A DNA stretch of 64,000 bases from Williopsis jadinii (GCA_024346625.1 AP024665.1:1426001-1490000); one strand, 5' to 3'; counted from the first letter of the stretch, positions 44,014 through 55,836 are shown. Notes: generated by a model from the sequence alone, not told the origin. Numbers and translations are program-made.

Positions 44014-44727
44014 CAATGCCCTCTCTTCGACGCTTTCTTCCTTTCCGCCTCTTTCGTTGTCCCTCTCTCTAGCTTTCTTTATATCAGTGTGACTCTTCGA
44101 GAATGTTCTTCTGCCCCAATCAAACCAGAAAGTATAGCCCAAAGAGTATTGAAAATAGCGTCGTTGTGTTTATCAGATACCAAGGATCTTAAATGAGTGT
44201 TCTACTACCGAAGCGCCGTGTTTAAACCTTTGCCGCTCTGTGTATCAAGACCAGCTCTTGTAGATTTGATCTCTCGAGACTTAGTTGATCTTTTTTTCAA
44301 CCTTTTTTTTTCACCGCATTTGTGTACAAAAATTTTTGTTTGTTTGTTTTTCAGCCTGCGCGAAAATCAAATTTAGAGGCAATGCTACAACACTGAGAAC
44401 TATCAAACTACCCACACAACGTGAGCCAATTGACACGGGTTTTGTTATCTTGGCCTATCCATCTGGATCTAACAATACATGACGGTTACGATGGTGTGAC
44501 TGTCTGGTTGTGATTTGTGTAAAAAAGACGAGGACTGCAACTGCCCTGGCGCGTGATTTCAGAGAAGTGTGGCCGTCGCAGTAGGGTAACCCCATAGAAC
44601 TACCTAGAGATGCCTAAATTCGGCGCTTGACGCTGTCTTCAAAGCCGTTGTAAACACGTAGATTGTAAAGCATCACCACGAGGAGGAGACACGCAATTGA
44701 ACCTGGACGGAAGAAGTGATTGGCACG

Positions 44728-45231
44728 ATGAACTTGAGACAACAGCTACAACAACTGCTCACGCTGCTCTATGTTGGTACCTCCGCGTATATGTTCTGGA
44801 AGGGGCTGTCTGTGGTTACGAACTCGTCTTCTCCAATAGTTGTTGTTCTGTCAGGCTCCATGGAGCCTGCGTTCCAGAGAGGTGATGTTCTGCTGTTGTG
44901 GAACCGTAACGAGAGATCGAGGGTTGGAGACGTTGTGGTGTACGAGGTGAATCAGAAGGCCATTCCTATTGTCCACAGGGTGTTGAGAGAACACCATAAT
45001 GACAAGAAGCAACTGCTACTGACAAAAGGTGATAACAACCCTGTTGACGATTTGGGACTATACGCACGCGGTCAGAACTATCTCAATAAGGATAAGGATA
45101 TCGTCGGTACCGTGTATGGATACTTCCCATTTGTCGGTTATGTGACGATTCTCATAACAGAGAACCAGTACTTTAAGTATGGTTTATTAGGCTTCATCGC
45201 TTTATCCTCGTTGATCTCTGGTGAAGAGTGA
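44728..45231 (+). CDS. SEC11: Signal peptidase catalytic subunit
   Basis: MNLRQQL start; [33 protein letters not shown]; 167 aa. Confidence 0.96.
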   Translation: MNLRQQLQQLLTLLYVGTSAYMFWKGLSVVTNSSSPIVVVLSGSMEPAFQRGDVLLLWNRNERSRVGDVVVYEVNQKAIPIVHRVLREHHNDKKQLLLTKGDNNPVDDLGLYARGQNYLNKDKDIVGTVYGYFPFVGYVTILITENQYFKYGLLGFIALSSLISGEE

Positions 45232-45293
45232 AGCTTTGGCGTACATATATAAAGCAAATACAACAAAAAGAAAACAGTGTGATATGCCCGAGC

Positions 45294-47114
45294 TTAGTAG
45301 TCTAGTTCCATAGCAGGCTCTGTCTCTTCGAATGGTCTCTTCTTTGACTTTGCCTGGTCCCTCTTCATCTGCACAACGTTTGAAATGATCTTCTTAACGT
45401 CAAACTCATGTTGAGATTCAGCATCAGCCTTAGCCTGTCTCAATCTCTCTATGAACTTATCAAACGTTGATCTTCTAGACTCCTCATCAGGAAGAGCCTC
45501 GTACTCAGGCTCCTTCTCCAACCGTGGCTGGATGAATTCCCATTTGGTGTCGACAGTAATCACCGGGTTTGCAAATATACGTAACAACTTCTTGAAATCT
45601 TCTTGACCTCTACGGATTTGACGTTCTTTGGCAAATTTATCACGTTCTGCTTGCTCCTTAGCATCTGCAACCAGTCTAGAATGGATCAGCTCTATAGTAT
45701 CGTTGTCATAATCCTTTGTTAGCTCGTCCTTCTGCAAGATAGTAACCATCTCTTTCAACTGTTGATCCAAATCTCCCTCAATTTGTACTTTGAATCCATT
45801 GTGGAACAGGATTTGTTCTGCAACACCCTGTTTGGCCTTTATCAACAATTCCTCTTCATCAATGGCATCTTGGAATAGCTCAAACGGCGTGGAACCGTTA
45901 CGTCCCAACATATCCAGGAATCTATCATCTTCTTTGATAAGTTCGTAAATTTCATCCCATTTACTGTTGGCATTGAACAATTCACTCTCCTTCAACTCCC
46001 CAAGCAGCTCTTTGAATCCATCACGAGCCTTACGGTCGGCTCTGTAGTTCTTACGAGCTTCAACCTGTACCAGCTTCATCTGCTGCTGTTCAATTTCAAC
46101 AAGGTTCGATTCAAATAAAGTAATGAGGTCTAACTGGGTCAGCACTTCGAAATGTGTATTCTGTTCAAATCTCGGGTCCTGTTTGATCGTATCCAGAGTC
46201 GATTCCCATGTGGATGAGGCATTCAGACGCAGTGACTTAAAATAGTCGTTCAGCTCGATTAGAGCTTGGTCCTTGAGCTTTGTTCTTTCATCAAGGCGTT
46301 GTTTCCTCAACGACTCAACGTAGTCTTGGAACGTCTGTTTCTTGACTCTCTCGCTTATCACAGAGTGGGCGTAGATAGGCTCATCCTGTAAGAGTTTCCT
46401 CGTTGTAGACCACCTTGTATAGTACTTGATCTCCTTCTTGGACTCGAGAAGTTTAACAAACGCATCTTTGAACTTCTCCACGGAATTATTCTCCTTCATC
46501 AACTCCTCCTTCGTTCTATTCGCCAGGTAGTTCTCAAACACCTGCTTCTTGTGCAAAGAGTCATCCACTGCCCAATACCGTGGGTCCAATATCAGCTCGT
46601 CAACAATCTTGGAAAAGGACCACGTTGCGTCAACGGCATTCTCTCTCAACAGCTCCACAAACGTCTTATCAGCCTCCTCCTGTGTGCTCGGCTTAACAGC
46701 CTCTTTGAGCAGCGTAGAGTCGTTATGGTATTTCTCGCTGGAATCCGTCAACTTGGATCTATAGTTGATTCTCACCGTCACTTCAGCCGGCTTCTCTGCC
46801 ACTTCCTCCTTCTCGCTCGCTTTCCCGTCACTCGCCTCCTCCCCTTGCTTGTCCCCAGCACCTTCTGCGCCATCCTGCTGCTCATCGAGCACTCGCTGAA
46901 TCTCCTCAGGGATCTCCCACACACTCTCCTGACTCTTAACATTGTAATAGTACTCTCGCCCGTTCTCGGCCTTGTACTCTCTCCAGTCTGACTCCGCAAG
47001 CGCTCTTTCCAGCGGCGTCTGCAGCTCTACGGGCTTCTCCCACACAGACTGCTGTGTCTCATCGTTGAAGTAGTACGTCTTGCCGCTTTCATGCTGCACT
47101 GGTCTCCAAACCAT
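45294..47114 (-). CDS. PRP40: U1 snRNP protein with WW and FF domains
   Basis: Two N-terminal WW domains (YYFN...SVWEKP; YYYN...SVWEIP) and FF repeats; divergent from ARC19 as in S. cerevisiae. Confidence 0.92.
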   Translation of the reverse strand: MVWRPVQHESGKTYYFNDETQQSVWEKPVELQTPLERALAESDWREYKAENGREYYYNVKSQESVWEIPEEIQRVLDEQQDGAEGAGDKQGEEASDGKASEKEEVAEKPAEVTVRINYRSKLTDSSEKYHNDSTLLKEAVKPSTQEEADKTFVELLRENAVDATWSFSKIVDELILDPRYWAVDDSLHKKQVFENYLANRTKEELMKENNSVEKFKDAFVKLLESKKEIKYYTRWSTTRKLLQDEPIYAHSVISERVKKQTFQDYVESLRKQRLDERTKLKDQALIELNDYFKSLRLNASSTWESTLDTIKQDPRFEQNTHFEVLTQLDLITLFESNLVEIEQQQMKLVQVEARKNYRADRKARDGFKELLGELKESELFNANSKWDEIYELIKEDDRFLDMLGRNGSTPFELFQDAIDEEELLIKAKQGVAEQILFHNGFKVQIEGDLDQQLKEMVTILQKDELTKDYDNDTIELIHSRLVADAKEQAERDKFAKERQIRRGQEDFKKLLRIFANPVITVDTKWEFIQPRLEKEPEYEALPDEESRRSTFDKFIERLRQAKADAESQHEFDVKKIISNVVQMKRDQAKSKKRPFEETEPAMELDY

Positions 47115-47419
47115 CGTCGTTGTCCTACCAATTAACCCCCATCAACCATACAACTAGCAGTAGGAAGCATCGTTGAACTTTCAGGCATATAGCGTAGGCC
47201 CCCCAAAACGGTAATTTTCGCGCATGCCCATCGCCATTTTCCGCGAACTCGTTTGGCGGATCCAGCACCCGCGAATATTGCCTCTTTGGGCATGTCTCCC
47301 CTAGGCTTCCCGCCCTTTTCGGTTTACGTCCCGGGCCACCTACTAATTTCCCATACTTAGCACTTGTCGACTCAGAGCTTCAAACAGTGCTGGAGCCCCT
47401 GTTCAATTGATAAGAATCG

Positions 47420-48135
47420 ATGGTGAGTGTGGTTACAGAGGAGTTTCTATGGCACTGACACTAACAAGGAGCGGATTCCCGGGGAAGTCTGTTTCCGAGC
47501 GATGGTGCTCCCCCTGGTGGTGCTCCCCCTGGTGATGTTGATGATGATGTGGAAGGGAGCGAGGAGGCACCAGGCACCAGGCACCAGGCACAAGGAAACA
47601 GCCATCCAGGGATGACACCGGCGTATAGTCACAATCACTACGTCCATACCTTTCTGCAGTGCGCAGCTCACTGACGGCAGCGCTTTGTCTCGAGGACTTT
47701 GCTTCGCAGATGGCTGAGAGACACAACAAGCCAGAAGTTGAGACCCAGAAGACGCTGGAGGCGTTGCTGAACCCGATGGTGATCGCCAGAAACGAGAACG
47801 AGCAGATACTGATCGAGTCCAGTATCAACAGTGTTAGAGTGTCCATCAAGATCAAACAGGCGGATGATATTGAGGAGATTCTGGTGCACAAGTTCACGAG
47901 ATTCTTGACAGGCCGTGCAGAGCACTTCTTCATCCTGAGAAGAGCGCCAATTGAAGGCTACGACATCTCGTTCCTGATTACGAATTTCCACGCTGAGAAG
48001 ATGCTGAAGCACAAGCTTGTGGACTTCATCATTGAGTTCATGGAGGACGTTGATAAGGAGATCAGCGAGATGAAGTTGTTCCTCAATGCTAGGGCTAGAT
48101 TTGTTGCTGAGGCCTACTTGACGCCATTCGATTAG
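47420..48135 (+). CDS. ARC19: Arp2/3 complex subunit ARPC4; intron 47423-47628
   Basis: ATG|GTGAGT ... TAG|TCA gives [61 protein letters not shown]. Confidence 0.95.
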
Positions 48136-48164
48136 TTTGATTGAAAATAGCTAAATACACGGGT

Positions 48165-49148
48165 CTAATGACTCTTTGTGAAACTGATGCCGTCAGGGGA
48201 TATGCCTACGGTTAACAGGCCTAGTTGGCCGATAGTGGTTACCAATTCTTTCGTAGTGCTTGTCTTGGTGGATCTCTGCTCCGCAGCTATCTTTAGTAGG
48301 GACTGGTAATTGATCTCCTCTGTGCTCTTTGTGCGCTGTAATGCCTCCTTCAGCTCAATCTTCAGAGACGATGAGGTCTTCAGGTTGAAGTATACACCGA
48401 CAAGTGGGAAACTTTGTCTTTCGTTATCCACGATTGGTAGAATCAGTTGCGTTAGTGAGATAGCGTGCGGTGGTATACAGATGGATTTGATCACTCCGCC
48501 GTGGTCATTCGAGGATAGCTGTTTAAGGCGATCGAGGAGGTTCGAATCATTGTGCAAGATCTCTCCAAGTATCAAGGGATCCATATTCTTCATCATCAAG
48601 GACTCCGAGTTTTCCAAGGTCTTTATGCGTCGTACAATGCTGTTGTTAAACCTCTTATTCGTCAGAGAATTCGAAGAATCGTGGAGCAGAAGAACCACGG
48701 CACTCCTATTCAACCAATTCTTATAGCTCTTACGAATCTCCTTGTGTTTGAACCTGTTAAATATGACTTCGATCTCACTGGGCAGGAAAGACTGTGTCCG
48801 AGGCCTCAGGCCTTCTGAGTAGGAAACTTTCAACGACGAGTCATACAAGGGCTCCAGCTCTCTCTTCAGCAGAGGATCGATGTTATCGAACGATTTCAGC
48901 AGCTCCCTCCCGGAGATTCCTTCGACGTATTGGTCGACAAACAACTTCCTCTCAATCATCTGCTTGTTTATGGGGTCTATATGTCTCAGCACATTCTGCA
49001 CCGCAGCACCGTTAATCACACGGTTTTCCTTAACAGCGCGTATTCTCTTCGGAACAAGAGGCTTAACACTAGGCGGCTTCATTCTGCGATCTCTTTTGGT
49101 GGGAAGAACCTTACTCCTCAAGGTGTTCATCACCGGTTTGAAGGGCAT
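48165..49148 (-). CDS. Hypothetical protein with a basic N-terminus
   Basis: 327-aa ORF from the first ATG (MPFKPVMNTLRSKV...) fills the ARC19-MAK32 gap; no recognised domain. Confidence 0.65.
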   Translation of the reverse strand: MPFKPVMNTLRSKVLPTKRDRRMKPPSVKPLVPKRIRAVKENRVINGAAVQNVLRHIDPINKQMIERKLFVDQYVEGISGRELLKSFDNIDPLLKRELEPLYDSSLKVSYSEGLRPRTQSFLPSEIEVIFNRFKHKEIRKSYKNWLNRSAVVLLLHDSSNSLTNKRFNNSIVRRIKTLENSESLMMKNMDPLILGEILHNDSNLLDRLKQLSSNDHGGVIKSICIPPHAISLTQLILPIVDNERQSFPLVGVYFNLKTSSSLKIELKEALQRTKSTEEINYQSLLKIAAEQRSTKTSTTKELVTTIGQLGLLTVGISPDGISFTKSH

Positions 49149-49262
49149 CGCTAACCAAAATTTGATCAGTGGGCACTGGTGTCCGGGTGTATCTACATCG
49201 GGCAAACAGCCGTTACTACAACAACGACATTTACGATGATGATGATGATGATATAAACACCG

Positions 49263-50339
49263 TTATGCTCTAATTCGAAGCTTCTTGAGCACCTCTTCAG
49301 CGTCATAGTCCAGCTCGTTCCACTCGATGTAGCCTCTGAGCCTTTCCTCAATCGACAGCCCATTCCAAGTCTCAATTGAGGAGTTGTCAGAGGTTTCAAT
49401 GACGGGCATACCAATCTGCTCAATAGCTATGCCAGCAGCCAAGTTACCAGATATGCTTGCGATTTCCCAATCTCCATGGCTGAGTACAAACGCAGTAGAG
49501 AAAGCTCCTATGAATGCGTTTCCTCCCCCTGTTGGATCAACGCACCTTTGGTGCGATTGATCCCTGTCGTTATGGAAGGCTGGGAACCAGTGTGATGTAC
49601 CAGCTGTGGTCAGCGTATAGCATCCCAATGGACCACATCTCAGCACAATGCCACTACCAGTTTTGAAGTGAGAGTTTGAGGTTAAGTACCGTAGGAATCT
49701 CGAGGCGAGTTGTTCCAGGGCTTCTTTGGTCGATGGCTCCTCTTCTCCAAAGAATCTCGATGCCTCTTCAGCATTTGGAGTTAGCACAGTGACATGCTTC
49801 AAGTTCTGTAGGCACTGATTGAGATGCTCTGGAGTACACAGATCTGGTACAGGTTCCCACGTGATTACTGGTGGTGGCACCGTCCCGTCAACTCGGGCCA
49901 CGGTGAGCTTGCTGAGTATCGACTGACACCTCTCTGGAGAGCAGATAAGATGATACGACTGGGAGTACAGTAGCTGTCTGTGATCTATAAGGTCATCAAC
50001 GTCAATCCGAAGCTTTGGAGTGAGATATTTGAATGCCCTAAACCCTCGAGCTCCATACATGTTCCAGCCCCTGGTAGTCAGCCTATAGGGAGTGTTTCTC
50101 CAAACACAACCAGTTTGCCAGCTCTCAAGGTACTCCTGAACCTCCACGGGGAAGTCACTACCTTTATCAACAATCCATCCCACTGATGATGCCTTATCAC
50201 CAGTCGTGATGACCCTTCCTCCCAGCGCACCGTAGGTGCCTCCTCCTCCAATCACGTTGTGCTGCGGCTCTAGCTGTGATTCCTCCGGGAAATGGATCTC
50301 ATCAATGATGAACATCCCCATCGTGGTGAACAGAGCCAT
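49263..50339 (-). CDS. MAK32: PfkB/ribokinase-like protein
   Basis: FTTMGMFIIDEI, GGGGTY, LTTRGWN, FKYLTPK, WEPVPD, VDPTGGGNAFIG. Confidence 0.85.
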   Translation of the reverse strand: MALFTTMGMFIIDEIHFPEESQLEPQHNVIGGGGTYGALGGRVITTGDKASSVGWIVDKGSDFPVEVQEYLESWQTGCVWRNTPYRLTTRGWNMYGARGFRAFKYLTPKLRIDVDDLIDHRQLLYSQSYHLICSPERCQSILSKLTVARVDGTVPPPVITWEPVPDLCTPEHLNQCLQNLKHVTVLTPNAEEASRFFGEEEPSTKEALEQLASRFLRYLTSNSHFKTGSGIVLRCGPLGCYTLTTAGTSHWFPAFHNDRDQSHQRCVDPTGGGNAFIGAFSTAFVLSHGDWEIASISGNLAAGIAIEQIGMPVIETSDNSSIETWNGLSIEERLRGYIEWNELDYDAEEVLKKLRIRA

Positions 50340-50556
50340 TGTTCCCTCGTCGTTTGGCTCCTTTGTTCTCTTTAATTGGTTTATAGTGACAGTATTAGAT
50401 GTGTTTCTCCTTCCTCCACCGCCATCCCCCACCAAACGCGAAAACGCGAAAAGACCGAGGAAGCGAAAACCTGGTGGACGCGTACTCATCCCTCAGCACA
50501 AGAAGGCGAGTGAGACATCATAGATCCACTGCCTGATTGTCTGATTTGGTTTAAAG

Positions 50557-51654
50557 ATGTCTGCTGGGTTCTTCGGTAAGAGACAGGATGTCTCAAAGAG
50601 TTTGGAGCAGACAGAGAGACAGCTTCCCTGGGTTGAGAAGTACCGTCCAAAGAACCTGGATGAGGTGAGCGCACAGGACCATGCTGTCACGGTGCTGAAG
50701 AAGACTCTTGAAAGTGCCAATCTGCCACATATGCTCTTCTACGGGCCACCAGGTACGGGTAAGACATCGACGATCCTAGCCTTGACGAAGGAACTGTATG
50801 GCCCTCATCTATCTAAGTCACGTGTGTTGGAACTGAACGCCTCCGATGAGAGAGGTATATCCATTGTTCGTGAAAAGGTTAAGAACTTTGCACGTTTGAC
50901 CGTGTCCAACCCGTCTAAGGAGGACCGTGAGAAGTATCCGTGTCCACCTTATAAGATCATTATCCTGGATGAAGCCGACTCTATGACTTCAGATGCACAA
51001 TCAGCGTTGAGAAGAACCATGGAGACGTATTCCGGTGTCACCAGATTCTGTCTCATTTGTAATTACATAACGAGGATCATTGATCCCCTGGCATCGAGAT
51101 GTTCAAAGTTCAGATTCCGTCCTTTGGATAATCAAGATGCCTTGGAAAGGTTGAGACATATCCAGGAACAGGAAAATGTTTCAATTGAAGACGGTGTCCT
51201 GGAAGAGGTGTTGAAGATTGCTAACGGTGATTTGCGTAAGGCCATCACTCTCCTACAATCGGCTGCTAGGCTCCACTCCACACTGGCCACTGCTGTGGAT
51301 GAAGAAGGCGATGTTGATGCCACTGACACTGCAGACAGGGTCACCATCGATTCCATCCGTGAAATTGCTGGCTCTGTTCCAAAGAACGTTCTGAAATCCT
51401 TGCTAGATGCTGCTGAATCCAAACAATTCCAAAAGATCTTCAACTCAGTGGAGGACGCGGTGATGGAAGGTTGGAGTGCGGTAGAAATCGTCAATCAACT
51501 ACACGATGAAATCATCCTCAACGACTCGTTCACCTCGGAACAGAAGAACAAGTTCTCCAGAGCCCTCTTTGAAACCGATGCTAGATTGACAAACGGTACA
51601 GACGAGCACATTCAACTGTTAAACCTCGTTACAAAGATCTCAGAAGTCGTCTGA
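50557..51654 (+). CDS. RFC2: Replication factor C subunit 2
   Basis: PWVEKYRP, GPPGTGKTS, ELNASDERGI, YPCPPYKIIILDEADSMT, SRC. Confidence 0.95.
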   Translation: MSAGFFGKRQDVSKSLEQTERQLPWVEKYRPKNLDEVSAQDHAVTVLKKTLESANLPHMLFYGPPGTGKTSTILALTKELYGPHLSKSRVLELNASDERGISIVREKVKNFARLTVSNPSKEDREKYPCPPYKIIILDEADSMTSDAQSALRRTMETYSGVTRFCLICNYITRIIDPLASRCSKFRFRPLDNQDALERLRHIQEQENVSIEDGVLEEVLKIANGDLRKAITLLQSAARLHSTLATAVDEEGDVDATDTADRVTIDSIREIAGSVPKNVLKSLLDAAESKQFQKIFNSVEDAVMEGWSAVEIVNQLHDEIILNDSFTSEQKNKFSRALFETDARLTNGTDEHIQLLNLVTKISEVV

Positions 51655-51726
51655 TGAAGTGAGATGAAAACAAAATTAATGGGTTCATTTATTGTACTTT
51701 CAACTGTAGATCACCCTTGAGTTTAC

Positions 51727-54700
51727 CTAAAGTGTGATAGTAATGAATGGAACTTCAACATCTTCGCCTTCCAAATCATCCGTACAAACCTCCAAGATCA
51801 AGGTCTTAATATGACTGTCGAGGTCCTTCTTCGTGACGGATTTGATCAACTGTGTGATCTTCATTCCCTCCTTCTCGGCAACTTTCTTTGGTGGGAAGAA
51901 CGACGCATACAGCAACGACACATCATAAGACAACATTGTAATCTCTAGACCTTCCTTCTCCTTGAAGTAATCTAACAACTCCTTCAATGTTATGTCACCC
52001 TTGATGTTGAATCTATCCCAAATCTTATCGAACTCCTTGTCGTTGTACTTACCCTTTGGTGAAGCAATTGGCTCAGAAAAGGCAAACAGTGGTAAGGCCA
52101 AATTAATGAATCCGTTCTTGTAGTCTTCCAATTTGGTTCTGTTGTCAACAATCTTGTACAACTCTAATTGGACCAAACCGGTGACTGCGGCAGTGGTGGT
52201 GGCAATTGCTGGAATAATTCTACCGGCAATAAACTTGGTCTTTGCTCTGTCTGCAACGTCAATTTGGTAATTCAAAGCACGACAGTTCGAAGCAGCTGTG
52301 ATGAATTCAATGTGATGATTTGTATCGTCATCCTTTTCAAACTCCACTGGGGATAATCTATATCCAGCTAGTGTGGATGGTTGTGGCAAAGATGTAGCCA
52401 AGGTTTGTAACTCATCAGTTTCAACCTGTTGTTGAGCATTTGGATCTGGGTCCTCATCGTTAACTTGAATCTTCAAGCCAGATTTTGGCGTGAAAGGCTC
52501 AATCTTCACTTCCTGAAGCACCTTCTCATAGAAGCTCTTGTCTGGGTTGCCTTGGTCTCCCTTGAGACCATACACGTACGCTCTCAAGTTGGCACCACCA
52601 ACGATAAAGTGGAAATGCTCTGGATTGTTGATGTCAAACTCCAAGGGTTTTGGAGCACGCTTAGCACCTGACCAAAATGGTGATCCATTAGATGTGGTGG
52701 CATCCTCTGGGAAAGTGAACAATAGCTGCTTAATTTCCTGGTTGAACTTCTTCTCAAATTCCAATCTTGCCCATTTGATACAGTCCTCGAATGAATATGG
52801 TCTCTCATTCAACGACTCAGAGATTGATTGTAAAGTTCCCTTGACGTCTCCACTCTGTTTCAAAGTAGCCTCGATGAAGTTTGGCTGAGACAAGTACAGA
52901 TTGACATTTTCAGCAGAGTCGGCGAAGTAACCTTGGAATAAACTCTTTGCCCAAGCAATGGTATGGTCAATCTTATTAGGGAATGAACGTAAGGTACATA
53001 ATGGGATAGACTTTTCAGGTGGGTCTTGGGAAGAAGAGTAAGATTCAGTCAATCTTGGAACAACAACCTGGGTGTTACCCTTTGTTCCTAAAGTACCAGA
53101 CTCCAACAAGGCCTTTCCGAAGAAGACACAGCGACGATCAACGTAGGTACGGGCATCAATGTTATCCAAGGCATTTGTAACAAAATCAAGAGACTCCCAA
53201 AAGTCGTTATCAAAGATATTTTCAGTCTCTGTGCCAACTTTCTCTAGCTTTGGTTCGATATGACCTTTCAAATCCGGGTTAATGGCAATGACAGCCTTAG
53301 CTGCGACTTCAGACTTCCCTTGTCCAACATCTTTTGGTCTGAACAAGAATTGACGGTTCAAATTGGATTTTTCAATGGTATCGTTGTCTGTGACGATGAT
53401 CTTACCTTCCGGACCGGAACCCAGTCCCATCAATGCCCAGTTCTTTAACATTTCGCAGCCAATTGCACCGGAACCAACCAAGAATGTCTTTGAGTTTGCG
53501 ATTTTCTTTTGGAAGTCCAAACCGAAAACAGCAATCTGTGCATCGTAACGGGAATTGATTGGTTGAGTGTTCTCTGCATTTCTTGGGTAGGAAGTTGGGA
53601 GCGACTCCAGGGAATCAAAGTACAAAAACTGTTTGATTGGTACGAATTTCCCAGAACAAGCCTTCAACACCTCCTGTGCTACAATACTACCGATGAAAGC
53701 AGCCATCGCTGGGATATCACCTTGAGCCTGGTATGAAACTTCTTTGATCAAATCCTCGTTTAAATCGCCTTCAAATGAGGTCTGTTGCGCCAGGTTCTTA
53801 ACGAGATGGGCAAACTCTGCAAAGTCTTCATCGTTGAAAGGTCTTGGTAAATGGGATCTCTTCTCTTTGAACTGGTGTAGACCTTGGAATGCAAGGTGCA
53901 ATTGAGCCGGACGGTCAAACTTTGCGAAGTCTGGGAACACCAGCTCCGGTGCCTTCAACTGCTCAACCAAAGGTTGATAAGACTCTTTGCGTGGCATCTT
54001 CACCTGCGTGTACAGTCCACCTTTCTTGTAAGTGCCCAATTTGGAAACATCGCCAATGTTGAAAGCGTAAGGGCCCGGCACTGACACCTTGAACACTTCA
54101 CCGTTGTTGATGTCAAGGCCTTCAACCTCGGAGAACTTGACGTAATCCCCATCCTCCAAGCCGTGACGAGAATCAACCAGCACTGACACCGTTCCATCTG
54201 GCTCAATGTCTGATACGATTCCTGATACCGGCTCTTCACCCGTGGAGTCGATGATGGTGAACTCTTCACCAAAATCAACAAAGATGGAGGCAAACAGCCC
54301 TCTCGTATCAGCAGCAATGAACTTGATGTCATTCGCGTGTGTGAAGTTGTTGATCTTCACCTGCTCCTCCAGGCTCAAGTCCATCGCCACAATCACCTGG
54401 AACTTGCCCAGTGTCTCCTCAGTCAAATCCTCGACAACAGAGATTGGCACATACGAGTTCAGCTCAGCCAATCTCGCAGCGCTGCTCCCAGCACGCGGCT
54501 TGCCCACGTCCTCGGCGGTAAGGAAGAACTGTGTAGACAGGTCCCTCAGCTCCACTGGAGAGGGATCATACAGCGAAAGCGACTTGACACCGGCAAGCGC
54601 CACGTTCTTTGCAATCTCAATACCCAACCCACGCAGTCCAACAATCAAAACATTGGAGTTCTGCATCTTCAGCATCGCCTCTTTACCCAAAACGTACAAT

Positions 54701-54771
54701 TGACGGGAGTACAAGCTCTCATCGATCTCACCCTGAGGTTCAGGTGTATCAATTTGCATTCTATCGCTCAT
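51727..54771 (-). CDS. UBA1: Ubiquitin-activating enzyme E1
   Basis: [31 protein letters not shown], catalytic [25 protein letters not shown]. Confidence 0.97.
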   Translation of the reverse strand: MSDRMQIDTPEPQGEIDESLYSRQLYVLGKEAMLKMQNSNVLIVGLRGLGIEIAKNVALAGVKSLSLYDPSPVELRDLSTQFFLTAEDVGKPRAGSSAARLAELNSYVPISVVEDLTEETLGKFQVIVAMDLSLEEQVKINNFTHANDIKFIAADTRGLFASIFVDFGEEFTIIDSTGEEPVSGIVSDIEPDGTVSVLVDSRHGLEDGDYVKFSEVEGLDINNGEVFKVSVPGPYAFNIGDVSKLGTYKKGGLYTQVKMPRKESYQPLVEQLKAPELVFPDFAKFDRPAQLHLAFQGLHQFKEKRSHLPRPFNDEDFAEFAHLVKNLAQQTSFEGDLNEDLIKEVSYQAQGDIPAMAAFIGSIVAQEVLKACSGKFVPIKQFLYFDSLESLPTSYPRNAENTQPINSRYDAQIAVFGLDFQKKIANSKTFLVGSGAIGCEMLKNWALMGLGSGPEGKIIVTDNDTIEKSNLNRQFLFRPKDVGQGKSEVAAKAVIAINPDLKGHIEPKLEKVGTETENIFDNDFWESLDFVTNALDNIDARTYVDRRCVFFGKALLESGTLGTKGNTQVVVPRLTESYSSSQDPPEKSIPLCTLRSFPNKIDHTIAWAKSLFQGYFADSAENVNLYLSQPNFIEATLKQSGDVKGTLQSISESLNERPYSFEDCIKWARLEFEKKFNQEIKQLLFTFPEDATTSNGSPFWSGAKRAPKPLEFDINNPEHFHFIVGGANLRAYVYGLKGDQGNPDKSFYEKVLQEVKIEPFTPKSGLKIQVNDEDPDPNAQQQVETDELQTLATSLPQPSTLAGYRLSPVEFEKDDDTNHHIEFITAASNCRALNYQIDVADRAKTKFIAGRIIPAIATTTAAVTGLVQLELYKIVDNRTKLEDYKNGFINLALPLFAFSEPIASPKGKYNDKEFDKIWDRFNIKGDITLKELLDYFKEKEGLEITMLSYDVSLLYASFFPPKKVAEKEGMKITQLIKSVTKKDLDSHIKTLILEVCTDDLEGEDVEVPFITITL

Positions 54772-54932
54772 CGTTGCTTCGATAGTGGTTTCAATCTCGG
54801 CTTCTGTTGCTGTTGTGAGTGACTGTTGATGTTAGTAAAAGGGGAAAGTAGCGTAAAAAATTGGGGGCGGCGAGGTGTTGGAGCAGCGCGCGCGCGCGGA
54901 CAAAGCGCTTTTGTGGCTTTTAGAACCATTGC

Positions 54933-55020
54933 GGTGTTTGGGTGTTTGGGTGTTAAGGTGTCCAGGTGTTTGGGTGTTTGGGTGTCAAGATGTTAAGGTG
55001 TCCAGGTGTCCAGGTGTTTC
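54933..55020. repeat. 11 x 8-bp GRTGT-N3 array (Rap1/telomere-like)
   Basis: ggtgtttg ggtgtttg ggtgttaa ggtgtcca ggtgtttg ggtgtttg ggtgtcaa gatgttaa ggtgtcca ggtgtcca ggtgtttc. Confidence 0.92.
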
Positions 55021-55113
55021 CCTTCCAGTGTTGTTGTTTTCCCCTTCAACCGTTGCTACAGCCCGTGACTTCTCAACATTGCTCTGTTGAACAAGCGGAA
55101 AGCGACAGTAACA

Positions 55114-55758
55114 ATGGCTGGAAAGAGAAAGCAAAGCCTGTGGGGAGGTGCTATAACGACAGAGATCCCAGAGGGACTTCTCGACGCCTCAGATTTTAGA
55201 CAGGTCCCCGATACACAAGAGGTGTTTGTTCCTGGAGCGGAGGCTGATGATACAAGCCTTACCGGTGTGAGGGTGAACGACTCCATCATCTTCGACCTCA
55301 TGGAGCGTATCGACCAAGAGGACAGTGAAGCCATCAAGGAACATCTCGCGGAGATCAGTAACTTGAACGGCACGAAAGACTGGGAGCTGTTTGAGATAAC
55401 AAAGTGTTCCAATAAACTTGGGGTAAAGGCGTATATCTGCGTTGCCCTGGAACCCGCTTTGAAATGGGGGAGAAAAGAACACAACAACCAGCACGTGAAC
55501 AAGGCCGAGTATAAGCCTGCGTTGGCGTTAGTGCTGGGTGTTGTTAGACTGGAGAAGGTTTCCACTGACTTGCTTGTCACTTACAATGCCCATTTTGGAG
55601 ATGTTGATGAGCTGGAGCAGTTGGAACAACTCCATCACGTTCAAGACGAGCAGCACATGGCACAAAACGTGGCGTACAAGAGAATAACATTTGCCTCCGG
55701 TGTAGTAGAGAGCATCATCAAAGAGTTGCAGGTTGAAGATTGGAAACTCTTTGGGTAA
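55114..55758 (+). CDS. MOG1: Ran (Gsp1) guanine-nucleotide release factor
   Basis: LWGGAI...LLDASDFRQVPDTQEVFV, SIIFDLMERI, VRLEKVSTDLLVT, DWKLFG. Confidence 0.92.
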   Translation: MAGKRKQSLWGGAITTEIPEGLLDASDFRQVPDTQEVFVPGAEADDTSLTGVRVNDSIIFDLMERIDQEDSEAIKEHLAEISNLNGTKDWELFEITKCSNKLGVKAYICVALEPALKWGRKEHNNQHVNKAEYKPALALVLGVVRLEKVSTDLLVTYNAHFGDVDELEQLEQLHHVQDEQHMAQNVAYKRITFASGVVESIIKELQVEDWKLFG

Positions 55759-55836
55759 TCACAGCTCTTGATGTGCGGGCAAGTATTTAATCCTAACTCT
55801 ATATATAATTATAATATAAATAATCTAATCTATCAT

